A DNA stretch of 64,000 bases, taken from the NCBI GenBank assembly GCA_003344405.1, contig NOWV01000154.1, forward strand, positions 62,001-126,000. The letters run 5' to 3'. The translations under genes were made by a program, and so were the position numbers. Positions 27,270-40,351 of the stretch are shown piece after piece. Every line of letters starts with the position of its first letter. Within the stretch, counting starts at the first letter, position 1. The notes beneath the pieces were generated by a model. That model made no database searches. It was given only the letters and a program-made list of their open reading frames with translations, and was not told where the DNA came from. The DNA comes from Trichoplax sp. H2. Lineage: Eukaryota.

Positions 27270-28092
27270 ATGGACGACAAAAAATCCAAAGAAACCCCGA
27301 AGAAATTGAGACCTTGTTGTGCTTGCCCTGAAACTAAAAAAGCTCGGGATCAGTGGTAATTCTTATCTACTTTTAAGCCTATTTGTATATGATACATATG
27401 TAAAAATAGTTGGTAAATCTATTGGACTTGATCCTACTTTTGTCATAATACCGTAATGTACAGTACTGTACTACTAGGGTACTATGCAGTCCAGCTGCAT
27501 ATTCTAGTATGCAGTAGTCCATCGCTTAACTTTACGCTATAGACTACCTTTTTTTCGGAGCCTTCTCTTTAGTAGTCTGTAAATCATGATTGTTCAGCAT
27601 TGTACTTGTCATTGCAGCTTCTTTTTTCAATCAATTTCTTCAATGTAGCATTCTACAAGCATCATCCTTAGTATACTGTGCTGAAATTAATCAGCTATGC
27701 CCTCGTTTTCTCGATCCCAGTTACGACACAATAAATATAGCATTGTGCTTTGCAGTATATGCCTCATGTTACCGAAAATCAAGCATCTAAAACTGTAGCC
27801 CAGCTGTACATGCAATATTATTTACAAGTCATATAATCAACAATAGTATCAGCATATTATTATATATTGATCAGTTTTGTAACTGCTTACTAATGGCTTC
27901 ATTTCGCTACTTTAAACTCGAAACTGCTGATACAATGCTTGATAACCCGTGTATCATTGTAAAAGCACTTAAACGTTGACGTTATAATTTTTTCATTTTT
28001 TACACAGCATGATAGAGAAAGGTGAAGCAGACTGTCAAGACTTAATAGAGGCGCATAAAGATTGCTTAAGACAGCATGGTTTCAAGGTCTAA
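27270..28092 (+). CDS. COX17: Cytochrome c oxidase copper chaperone COX17 (2 exons: 27270-27355, 28008-28092; 56 aa)
   Basis: Spliced product [56 protein letters not shown], with the PCCACPETK copper motif and twin CX9C. Canonical GT-AG phase-2 intron. Missed by the ORF track. Confidence 0.97.
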
Positions 28093-30166
28093 TACGTTTG
28101 GGTATTAGTAAGGTCAGGGAATGAATACAAAATCTGAATGCCAATTTTTTTATATTTCATAACTGGATTCAGTCTAGTCAATGCTATTTCATCTGAAATA
28201 AGCAAAGTAGCTATCTTTAAAAACAATACAAATGTGAAAACATTACTGGTGCTTCATGGACCTTAATCCTTAATTTGAAATTTATAACGTAGATGATTAT
28301 ATATGTTTTGATACAATTAATGATAATTGTTGGATTCGATTACACTATTAGTTAATAAATAAACTTTATCGATGATGTAATTTGAAATGTTTTATCTTGC
28401 GATTTACCTTCTTGAAGATAGCTTAAATAATAGACCTGCGATTTGCTTTAAATAGGAATGGCGAAGCATTCAGCTGAGGTTTCCGGTTACAAATAAGGAT
28501 TCAATTCTTGTGGCAACCTATGACTTCGCTACAACCGCCTTGATAGATATTATATATTTACAATTTAAAAGTATTAATTTTATTTAGCTGTTTACCTGAT
28601 GTGGATACAGTATACGGTAGACACACGTGCTCACTATGCATTTTGGAAGTTACTTTTTAGTTCCAAATCAAACTTTTATTTATGGTTTATGTGCTGTTCA
28701 TGAAAATGTTATATACTGTACGAGCAATTTTGTGTTGAATCAATAAATAAGAAATGCCAATACAATATGGAGCAATACTTGTTCGAAAATGCAGCATACA
28801 CAATATTGATACTTTTAACTTGGAATCAAGGAGGCATAACTCTTCGTATTGCAAGGACTGCTGAATTTATAACGTTTTCAACCTGCTCTTACAACTCTTT
28901 GCACAAACTATTAACGTTGCCTCACCAAGCAATAAAACGATATGCTATTTAAGAATTGCAACCCTTATTAAATGCTCCTACCTAGCTAGTACAATCGATG
29001 CAAGTCATTTTTCTCGGCGAAATTACATCGTCGATATACTTACATTTTTGAAAGCAATAAAATTAGTTCACCTTCGTTGTTATATTTGCTTAGTAAAGTT
29101 ATTCAAGTAGCACAGCTTACTCATATATCCTGATTCATAGAAATACAAGGAACTTGAGCTACCGGTTGTAAATATTTTATTCACTTTGAAATAATGTATA
29201 TAATAATATTAGTACGGATTGTTCACTTTAATACAGTACTGTATGTAATATTTCATAAATAACACCCTGAAACATTTAAAAACAACAAAAATACTGCGGT
29301 ATATGTTACGTACGTATATCTGTAGACCGTAAGATACGAACATCTTAAACTGTACATATGTAGTTTGCATGTGAATATACTCTATACAGTGATACTTTGC
29401 ACGTAGAGTTGTAGATGATACTATTTAGCATCAACACAAATTTACTGCAGTACAATAATGTAAATCACAGAAATTCTTTTTGTTAATAATTATAATTATT
29501 TATAAGTTCGGTAAAAGTCATAAATATGAATCATAAATTGCCTCAATTTTAATACGTAAAACGATTACGAAAAGCATCATCAACGATGCCATCGTATTTG
29601 TATCAATTAAGTCGTATTACTGAAATACAGTACTATGACCTCTATTGCAATGTACAAAGAAATCAAATCCTGATAACCGTATAGGCTATGAATTGATATT
29701 TAAATAAAAACAGTTTCTTCATATACTTTTGAAGAATTAGCTCGTATTAACAGTCAGATAATACAATAGAGCATATTTATCTTAATAACAGGAAAGTGAA
29801 TATTAAGTAGGTTCGGCTTAAGATCATGAATATTATTAACATTGATAATTTTCTGATAATTATAATAGATTAACATTGTATCTACAATATATAACATCTT
29901 GTAGGAATATCGTCGATCACAACCTCAGAAAAATGGTTGTTGGCAATATTCGAAACATAATTACAAACTTGAACGATAAAACGTTACAAAAGACATCGTC
30001 CCAACATATTTAATGAATACAAAGACACCAATTCCATTGATGTAAAATGAGACATGAACACTACTTAAATATTTAAACAGCATACACATATATATGCTCA
30101 CTACTTACGATAAACTCTCAACGCAAGGCAGACACTACTTTACTTTATAATCATTGATGTTTTATT

Positions 30167-33100
30167 TTACATGCTACCGTCATGCAGTGCTTGAGCTAAG
30201 ATATTGATCACCTTCGATACCAAATTCCTGGACATAGTAAGGTTTAATATTCGATCAATGTACGGAAGAAAGTGTTCTTTATTTTCGATCGATCTAGCAA
30301 GCGCAGCTATAGCTTCCGCAGCACAACAAAGTATGTAATTGCTTGTGCCACCCAAATGTTCATGATCAATTCGCTGCTCGTTCGATATTTTTCTTGTCGA
30401 TAAACGAACTGTGACAATGGAAACATGATCCTCAATAAAACGAATTAATGAAGATAGACACGTGTTCGAATAACATTCTTCGCAAAATGCTTTCTCAGAT
30501 CGAAAAAAATTCGATATGAGAACTACAGCAAATTCTCTACTTGATACATGCATGCGATTACTAACAAGTTCCACTAAGCATGCACTCAACTGTTGTGCGA
30601 GAGCTGGGCTTATTATTGATGATAGTGTATTCTGATTGTTTTTCAGAATACTGATCTTTGCCAATGACTCTAAAGCCAACTTTTCCATAGAAAGCCCCGG
30701 CGCATTTGCAGAGGGTGGAAACACATCTACTGCCTCAGCGCACTTACAAACACACCAGTAAATTAGTGCTTCTATAATCGGTCTTGAGAGATCGTCAGGT
30801 AACAAGGTAACATCCAGTTGACCAGATAAATTGGAAAAAACAACAAGAGTATTTTGTCTTATGACTTGAAGGCAGTTCCACCACCATTTCGATGAGTTAC
30901 TATCTTTCAGCATTAACATTTGACTTAAAGTGTGTAATAGTCGTAAATGTTTACACATTATAACATCATTACCAACAATAAATGACAAACTCCTAAATAT
31001 ATTCGAAATACAAATGCAGCGTCTGGATGCCTCATCATCAGATTCACTTTGGGTATATAAGCAGCACTCCTGTAAATTAGCACTACGGCGATATTCTATA
31101 GATTGCACCATACTCTCTCTGTCGGAAGAGCCCGGCGAATGATTTGCTAAATCATTTTCTCCCTCTATATCCATCATTTCAGTATCCCCATTTTTTAGCA
31201 AATCACCATTTTGAGTGATTTCCTGAAATAGTGTAGCTTGATCAGATTCATTTAGATTAGACATATTGATATCGGAGAACGAACTGGAAAGTTTACAGCG
31301 CTTATTTTCCAGAACAAGCATTTTATCCAATTTTGGAGTGTTAAGATTGGACAAAGAGTGTTGAATGTAAGAAAGTTCCTCTAGTTCGCTTTGAATGAGA
31401 ATATCAATCTTTTGTTGCACTAATCGATCAACTTTTATATCATTGGATTTTATGTCTCTAACGCTTTTAAAAATTATTGACAGAGACGTTATGTAATGAT
31501 CAAGAATGGCATCTAATAGCCCTGGTAAGCGTGCCAAATCGAAGTATCCCACTGTCTGATTATCTTCTAATAATATGTTAAGTGTATCTAGTGCCCAAGT
31601 CGATTCAATTAATAGTCCTGACTTTAGTGACATCAGCAAACGCCATGCTTCTACGGGTCCTAAAATAAAGACCGCAATAAGTTCAAGTTAGTAATATGGT
31701 AGACGTAGTTGGCGTATGAAGCTAAACATTATAACTAAACTTGCACAACATAATAATACGTAATTCAATGTATTTCACCTAGTTCATGAGCAGTTTTTTT
31801 CCTTCTCTCTCTCAATGTGACTTTTGTGTTTTCCACAATTATATTTTCTTTACTCCTTGAAATTACAGCTTTCTGAGTAATTCTGTTCTGCTCCTTTAAT
31901 TTGAGAGAAAATCCATTCTATATCATTACGAATTAAACATCAGCAAATGATGGTTTCACTACTTAAAGCCTATTAGAGCGTCAATTATAGTAAGAAGATA
32001 CTTTATGGTACTAAAAAAATGTTTCTCGCATACGCGCTTTACATATATATTAGAAATTTGCAAGATTATGATTCTTACGACCGCGCTAAAACACTAAATG
32101 CAACGATTTACAATCGCTTGTATGCGCATACACTTAAAGATCATCAAAGCAAGGTAAATTGAACAACAAACTTGATATCATAATCAAAAGTATAACGAAA
32201 AGGTTATATACTTTATCCTAGACTACAGAAATCGTCAGATAGGATAAATAATAAAATTGTTACTCACATAACGATTCGTAACCTCAGATCTGGTATCGTT
32301 GTTGTTATTCAAGTAACTCTGCTTTAGTGATGCAGCCGATAATGCGACCCCAGGTCCAGACCTTTGACCTTGCGACGCGACCGGGTAAGCATTAGGATTA
32401 TTAGCTACTAGATAAAGATGACGATGGTTAGAAATAATCAAATCTCTATCAATACAACCCAAAAGTAGATATCACGGAATACCTAATTGATTTTTAGCGC
32501 CATTATTAAATGTTTCTAAACTAGATTTTTCATTCCAAGAGTTCGCATTATTCGTCGAAGTGTTATCATAGCTTTGAGGGCAAGGCGCTGATGACATATA
32601 CGCTGGTCTAGCAGCTGGGCTTGAAGATGGTACAGCTTTATGACCTGGTGATTTTAACTCATGTGCACGAGAATTAGGAGGCTTAGAGACATTCGCAGAT
32701 TCGCTAGAATTAGATGCTTCATGTTCATGTGATAATATATAATCTGGTAGATCAAAATTAAAATCAAAATCGTCTGAATTTACAAAATCAGCAAGATCAA
32801 CTACGGTATCCGTTAATTCTTTATCATTGAGGATTTCTTTGTTTGATTTCGTCGTAGCTTTGCTATTTTGTGGTGAATACGTATTGCGAGTAGGTGTGCT
32901 CTGATCGACGTTCTCATCATCATAATTTTTCTTTTTAATACCGCGTAAATATTCAGTCTCTATCTTAACATCGATACCATCTTTATCATTTTTGCATTCA
33001 TAAGGAAGGATGTAATGTACGTAGTGAGTAAAAAGAGCGTTAATAATCATAACTGAACTTTCAAATCCCATACTAGTAGCAACTTCTTTCCATAATTTTT

Positions 33101-36100
33101 TCTCAGTTACCTGTATGAACAAGAAATGATTTAGAAGTTCCTATACTTTACAATGGGATTCTGCCTTACTGCTAACTTTGTTAACAATTTACCTCGGTAG
33201 AACCTCCTAGATCCTTCACATATTTATATAAGTTATATAGATCCAGTAATTGCTTGTTCATAATTGGAACTCTTTCAACTGGATTACCTGATTTTACGCG
33301 ATAATTTAGTAAAGTTATGCAGCATTTCTAAATGTAAGTTAGTGATACATATTTTACAGTTTTAGTTACCTTGGGCTTGTCGTAATGAAAGAAGCTCATC
33401 TAAAAAAGCCTTCTGCTTCTTGTTATTGTATAATTTATACAAATGATCAACCTTTAAAATGGAAATAATACACGGTTAAAAATTTAAAATAAACTATATT
33501 TAGGCCATTTAACACTGATTTACTTTCTCATAGCCTACTGGGGAAACAGCACGAGGAGTATTTCTACTAGATTGCGAAACCTACAACACATTAAAATTAG
33601 CAAAGTCATCAGTATTTAATTTATCCTATTTAAATAAGTCATTTAAATCAACTATAGCCATACCGCACAATCAAATGCTTGAAGCAAAATTGGTTTAAAA
33701 AACATCTATTGATCCTATTTCGTTATCAAACTGAAGCTTTAACAATCGCTATCTAAGCTTACTGGTGAAAGACCAATAGGTGGATCCAAAAGATCACTAA
33801 GAATATCATCCAATTGTGACGCATCTGTCAAATCATTGCCAACGTTCAAACTTCCTGGAACGTTCTTCCCAGGTCTTCGGCTCGATACATCTCCACGTAA
33901 ATACGGAGATGAATCAGAACGAGCTAAATTTTTTGATAACGCGCAGATGCAATACATCTCGTTAATTTATTGTTAAGACTAACAGTGAGTGCTAAAACAT
34001 CGATTAGGATTATTTGAGGATTGTATTTTACGCTACATTACTAGATGATCTTTATCACAAACGCTTTTAAACAGTAAAAAACTTTAATCATACGCTTTAC
34101 ATAAGCTAATTAAACCATACCTAATTGGTCATCATGTTGTGTAACAGTCGCGGACATAGTATTCTGGTCTGTGAAGCCAGTTAGCGATAACATTAAAGCG
34201 GTTAATTATCATCATTAACGCTATATTTATTTTTATATTACTATTTGACTACAATATGTAAGTACTGTATTAATTAATTACGTTTTAGAGAAGGTGACGG
34301 TCCAGAAGATTGGTTTAACAGTGCTGGTGTACGTTGTTTGAATACCGTAGCTTGGTTGTTCGAATTTGCAATAGAGTTTACAGGTGAGTGTCTAGTTGGT
34401 CTCGACTGGCCCTCTAGAACAGATGTCATAGAAGGCTGGATCATACTATTTCCGGTTCCGAGTCCAGATGAAGCCTATAATATTTAAGTTAAGAATTATA
34501 ATATATGGTAATTAATATAATGAAGGAAATAAAATATGCAAAGGTACTTGTTTATACCTTATGCTGTAACACTTGCGCAGTTCCAGTAGAATGTCGAGTG
34601 ATAGGAACTTGTATCACCTGTTGTCTCTGTGATTGTGAAATGTGAGTATTCTGATAATTAGGACGAAAATATGATTGTTGGCTGGTTTGCTTAGGTCCTG
34701 ACTGTGCCAACGATCTCTGCAAGATAGACCTGTTATCTATCTGTTGCGTTTGTAACTTCAACTGTTGTGCTTGTATAGCATAAGTTTGTAACGATTGTTT
34801 TTGAATTGGATTCGATTTCGTGGGTATATTACTAATACCATCGTTTCTACCATAATTAGGTGATAAGATTGGACTCGCTACATGTTGGCTAGGCATTGCA
34901 GATTGTTGCTGTTGCTGCTGTGCTTTTCCTGGCTGATTTGATTCTATCTGATGATACTAAAGAATACAAAATTACTAGTTAACACCAACGCAAATCATCA
35001 TAACAATCTACAGCACAATCTATCAACGATGCTAATAAAAGAAATAGTCTAAACATAAATACTACAGAATGACGACCAGAGTATTTTATTTAATACAGAT
35101 GATACTGTGTAATTAAGTAGAACCTGCTAATCAGCGAACTACTGAAGCAATCTTTTAAAACTTTCAAATCCGAGGTTATAGAGACTATTAATAAGTAAAG
35201 ATCATGCAGAATATGCTGCATAACTGAAAGTAGTATCAATCAGAAATGTTTTTGAACTAGGTAAAATCAATTACTGCGAATAAGCCAGGAACTACAGAAT
35301 ACAGAATCAAGTTTATGCAAGTAGGTAGATAACTACGATACAAATATTATAAATTAACTAATTTGATTTAAATGACACTATGAATACCAAATCATGTAAA
35401 AAGATACTTATGTTTATATGTAATTTTTGTCAATACTATGTACGTATGATACTAAATACTGAAACACTGTTACTGTCAAAACTTGTAAAGCTGGAAAATT
35501 GATATTAATCACAAATATGTAAAGGATGGTAAATACTCTTTCCACTCGTAGCCTTATAAACAGTATAGAATAACATTTAATACGGGCTAACTTCTGAATT
35601 AATGAAATGATTTTTAGATATGATCGCGAGGGCAGTATATATACAGTAGTTGCATTTAAAACAGAGAATACCAATATTATAATTATAACCATCCTAATTG
35701 GATATACATGTATATTAGTTAGTATTACTAATAAGCATTAAGGTATGATCTTAAACCGTACATTAAGACGTGAGGATACTGTATCAAATAAGAGTCCCGA
35801 CATATCGCGTAATTTCAACTTATAATTCAGTCATATCAAATAGATAGTATAAGATGTACGATAAAACAGATGAATAATTTGACGTAGGAAAGGATGATAA
35901 AAATCACCATATCTTCTATAAATACCTGAGGATTAACATTGACAGAGGTTTCAGAAGCAATTTGCCTGTTTCGATATTGTCCAGTGTGAATACCACCAGA
36001 ATTATCCATATAACTACCACCAGTACCACTACTAGCATTATTACCGTCATTTCCAGCTAAAGTCGTATCATTTGTCTTACGTCTTTGTTGCAATTGTTGA

Positions 36101-36897
36101 TGAGACGAATGATACGATGGAATATTTCGATTATAGTTTGACTGATAAGAATAATTTTGATACTGCAGCTGGCTACGAGGATCTATTGTCCGAGACGCGG
36201 CATCAAGTTGTAACTGTTGACTAGATGGATCATGCGATTGATGGTGTCGTTGCAAGTATGCTCGCTGACCTTGTTGCATATTAATTAATTGCGCTTGTGA
36301 TTGTTGCTGGTGCTGTTGTTGTTGAACGGGAACTCGGTAAGGTAACGGTGTCGTCTTGCCATGCGATGCCATTTGTAAATTTTCGTTACTTCCATACTGA
36401 TTAGGTGCTTGATGTCTTACCAAAGCATTTAAGTTAGCATTTGTATTCGCATTTCTATTATTGCTAGGATTAATTTGTGGCTGATGATGCTGCTGCTGTG
36501 CCTGCATATTAGCCATAGCTGAATTTCCCAATCGTTCATAGGCAGATGCGACTCCTTTATTTCTAACAAAAGTACCCTGTCGATAACCAACTGATGAATT
36601 GGAAGTGTTATCTAGCAATTGAAACATAATATTCTATTATTAATTATTATCCTATTTGTAAATAGTGTTAATAGCAAGCATCTATCTATCTATCTAGAAT
36701 GGTGGTATTACTTTAAATGAATTTCTATTACCTGCTGCAAAGGATGAGTTACTTATGTTGGCTACATTATTGCTCTCGCCGCGATTGATGGCTATGTTGG
36801 TATGACCAGGTTGATATCGCGGTTGTTTTAAGTTGAACATATCGACGTGGCTACCAGAATTAGGATACGGAGTTTTACATAAATCTTTACCATCCAT
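30167..36897 (-). CDS. ARID1: AT-rich interactive domain protein 1 (BAF250/osa-like SWI/SNF subunit), multi-exon
   Basis: Q/S/N-rich N-terminal exons (36897-36732, 36611-35926, 34956-34558, ...). ARID domain across exons ~33452-33370, ~33288-33194 and from 33111 (AFLDELL..VPIMNKQLLDLYNLYKYVKDLGG..VTEKKLWKEVATSMGF..YVHYILPYECK). Terminal exon has the BAF250_C signature EAWRLLMSLKSGLLIESTWALDTLNILL. Start codon is the best guess. Confidence 0.93.
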
Positions 36898-37354
36898 ACT
36901 ACTTTTAATCCAATCTATCAAATATGATATTGGATTTGTTAATCGTAAAAGTGAAATAACAACTCAAGGAATACTGCTGTAGAGAACATGGAATAAGTCG
37001 ATCTACTGCAATGATTCTTGGGACATTGAAGTTGTTGTAACATTCAATGCAGCAACACTACGATATTTCTAACGTAGTCTAAAGCACAATTTGATACTTG
37101 ATAAAGTAAGGAAAAGAAGGATACGACTCACAAGTCAATCCAATAGGATATAGTAAACACACTACGTTATAAAGATCGTTTTACACAACTCAATAATTCT
37201 TTACGTTATATCACTCTTTCTTAATATACTGTCTTTTGTTCCCTTTCCTTACCTTGAGTCCTTTTCTTTTGTATCGAAATCTGACGTTTACCGCTATGCA
37301 CTAGTGTATAAAGCTTTGTGGATTGTGTTCAATCGTGAACGGCGCTGAAAATTG

Positions 37355-38870
37355 CGTACTGTACGCAATACTGTACTGTACGAGTGTACGTACTGTACAC
37401 TGTGTACAGTACTGTACAGTACAGTACTGAGATCCTGTCCTACTGTACAGTATACTGTACTGTACAGTACAGTACTGTGACCGTGCACTATGCACCGTAC
37501 TGTACTGGACAGTACAGTACTGAGATCCTGCCCTATACTGTACTGTACAGTACTGTACTGTGACCGTGCACTACTGTATGCACTGTACAGTACTGTACTG
37601 GACACTTGGACAGTACAGTACAATACAGTACTTACAGTACTGTATCTACTATAGTGTTTATGATCAATGATCATAAGTTCATAACAATGCAGCAGTGTCA
37701 GTCCTTTTTCAGTCCATGATTTTGAAAGCATAAGAAAATCTACTTTATTTCAGAGTTCTTGTGATTGCTCTACTACGGCACTGTATTCGTAGGAACTGTA
37801 CAATGCTGTACAGCAGGATTTCTTAAAGACAGAATCTTAGTATTTTATTATAAAGATCTTTTTTATGTCTCTCAATGAGTTTCTTCTATGGTTTAAAATA
37901 ATGAGTTCAACACAGAGCTGGTCATTACTATTTCTTTTTCTTTACATGTTCCTGATAGCATTTCTTGACTCGATAGTGAATCAAGAATATTCAGAGAGCC
38001 TTGAGCCCTTGACTTTGAGTACTGTACTCTACAGTGCACAGTGTACAGTACCATGACTGTACTGCGTAAACCAGAGAAATTTCGCTTCGGTTCACTACTT
38101 TTGCTGACAGTCACTACTGTACACGTAACAGTAAATTGCTATCTACTGTATTGTACAGTTTCACAATGTCGCAACAGTAAAGTACAGTACTATGTACTAC
38201 AGTGTACAGTACAGTATTGTAAAAGCCCATACAGTATACTGTACTGTACTATACAGTACAGTGTACAGTACGCTACAGTGTACAGTACTGTACATGGTCT
38301 GGTCCGGTCCGGACCGTCTACAGAATACTGTACTGTACTGTACAGTAGAATTCAAAGATGGATCTACAGTACTTTATACTGTACACTACAGCAAGCGCGT
38401 TATACTGTACAGTACTATGCGTAGTACTGTATGGGATAGTAATAATATTAAGGTAATATTAATTACAATATTATACTGTACAGTACTGTACCATCTTAGT
38501 ACTGATAGTACTGATCGCAACATACTGTACAGTACAGTACAGTACTGTACAGTACAGTGTTCATGGTCTGGTCCGGTCTGGACCGTCTGCAGAATAGAAT
38601 TCAAAGATGGACCTACAGTACGTTATACTGTACTATACAGTACAGCGTACAGTAGTTGTACTGTACTGTACTGTACTGTACTGTACTGTATGTCAAGGTT
38701 AAACAATTTGGGTAGCGAATCTGGATCACAAAGTAGATAGTGTACGCTTGCAGACTTATGGCATTATTGAAATGACCAGCAATACAGTCGGCATCCTGGA
38801 TTTGACTCAACGCTGACATTAAGTACTGCACTGTACACTGTACACTGTACAGTACAGCAGATACTACAGT
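37355..38870. repeat. TACAG/CTGTA pentamer low-complexity region with internal direct repeats, upstream of ARID1
   Basis: Dense TACAG/CTGTA units in both orientations (37355-37645, 38018-38870) and a pure (CTGTA)6 at 38661-38690. Direct repeats at 37417-37490/37510-37573 and 38293-38372/38562-38621. Confidence 0.9.
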
Positions 38871-39255
38871 AGTAAAGTTACCGCCAATCTGAACAATTTA
38901 CCATTCCAATAAATGTTGAAATCTTGCAAAGTCAAATGGATCACCGCACGCAGTGGAAGCAGGCGACTTGAGCGATATAAGTTTAATTCGTAAAATTTGC
39001 CATTCCTAAACAATATTATTAAAGATATTCGCTATAATATCGAGCATAATCCTACTTTCAGCTCTTGGTACGGCATTATTTCTACATAGAGCTGTTTCCA
39101 TGATATCAAAGTGAGTCATGTTGCAATTGACATCGTACATTACGCTGGCGCTAGATGTGTGAAATATTTATTCATTTATTATTGACTATTTATTTTTCAT
39201 TATTTATGCCAGAAGTAATGCATTTATATTCAGTACTTATGAATGAATGAATTAA

Positions 39256-40351
39256 TCATTCGTAATCGTCCTCAAGGGTGTTATAAATTGTGCTGAGAAT
39301 GAGAACTTTTGAGCGGGTAGGCTGAGCTTGACTTTTCGGTTTGCGAATGAACTTGGTTAAACAAGTCGCTGGAAGAATAAATAATCTTTTAAATACAGCT
39401 CTACCAGTTATGGTATACAAGAATGGATTAACAGCAGAATTAATAGGAAGTGCAAAAATACCAACAAATTGTAATGTAATAACATCAACACCTCTACTGG
39501 TTATGAAACCAAAATTATTCACAGCATAATACGGTACCCAGCTAATCAAGTCAGTTATCAGTATGACACATAGACGCATTGCAAGTATTTTACTTTCCTT
39601 GGGAATTATTTTTCCAGCGGCTTTTCTAGTTTTGTACACAGAAATAAATATCCCAACGTAAAGGGTGCAAGTGATAATCCAACCAATAATAGTGAGAAAT
39701 ATATAGATTATCATCCAAATGCGGTACAAATAGTTTTCATAATTGCTTGGCATACACATGCTGTTGTACGTATATAATCGATTATGACCTGGTTTATCGA
39801 TACTGAATGATGCCGGCACAAGTGCAAATGTAAAGCAAGCTAGCCATATTATACCGGTAATCACTCGAGTAGCAAGCATGCTCAACTTTTCTGCCTTAAA
39901 CACCAAAGCTATAACGATAAACCTATCGACACTGATTATTAACATTAAAAAGACAGAGACTAAGCTTGATGTAGTCACAAGGATGCAAGATAATACACAT
40001 AAAGGATTCCTTAACCACTCCTCTGACCGTTGACCATACTGATTATTGTTGTAATTTGAATTAGCAAATGCTATAATAAATAGGTAAATTGACATAACAA
40101 GATCAGACATGGCTAGATTATTGATTAGTAGAATATGAACTTTCCCTTGAGTATTATTGAGATAACAGTTCTGAATAATAACAATGATATTGCCAAAAAA
40201 CGCCAAGCAACCAACAACCCAGACGAAGTACTGTAATGAAATATGAGCAAGAAGGTGCTGACATGATGATAAAGTATCAGATATCATCGATGGTTCACAG
40301 GTCACAATTTTAGCAGGTATTATACAACAAAAATAAGGGCGATTCGTTAAC
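39256..40351 (-). CDS. Terminal exon: hinge plus rhodopsin-class 7TM domain of the LGR
   Basis: Acceptor TGTCAATAG|G. Hinge YFCC..TCEP..DTLSSCQHLL, TM motifs GNIIV, NLAMSDLVMSIYL, ISVDRF, ITDLISWVP, LPINSAVNPFLY, typical of LGR/relaxin-receptor-type GPCRs. Confidence 0.93.

Noticed and set aside
27590-27790. 66-aa ORF inside the COX17 intron
   Set aside because: Non-ATG start, no motif; COX17 is complete with exon 28008-28092.
37294-38831. Several ORFs rich in STVQY/YCTVL on both strands
   Set aside because: Translations of the stop-poor TACAG/CTGTA repeat; no domain or splice support.
37355-38870. Possible CRISPR array or telomeric repeat
   Set aside because: Eukaryotic context, no constant repeat with unique spacers, mixed orientation, not TTAGGG-like.
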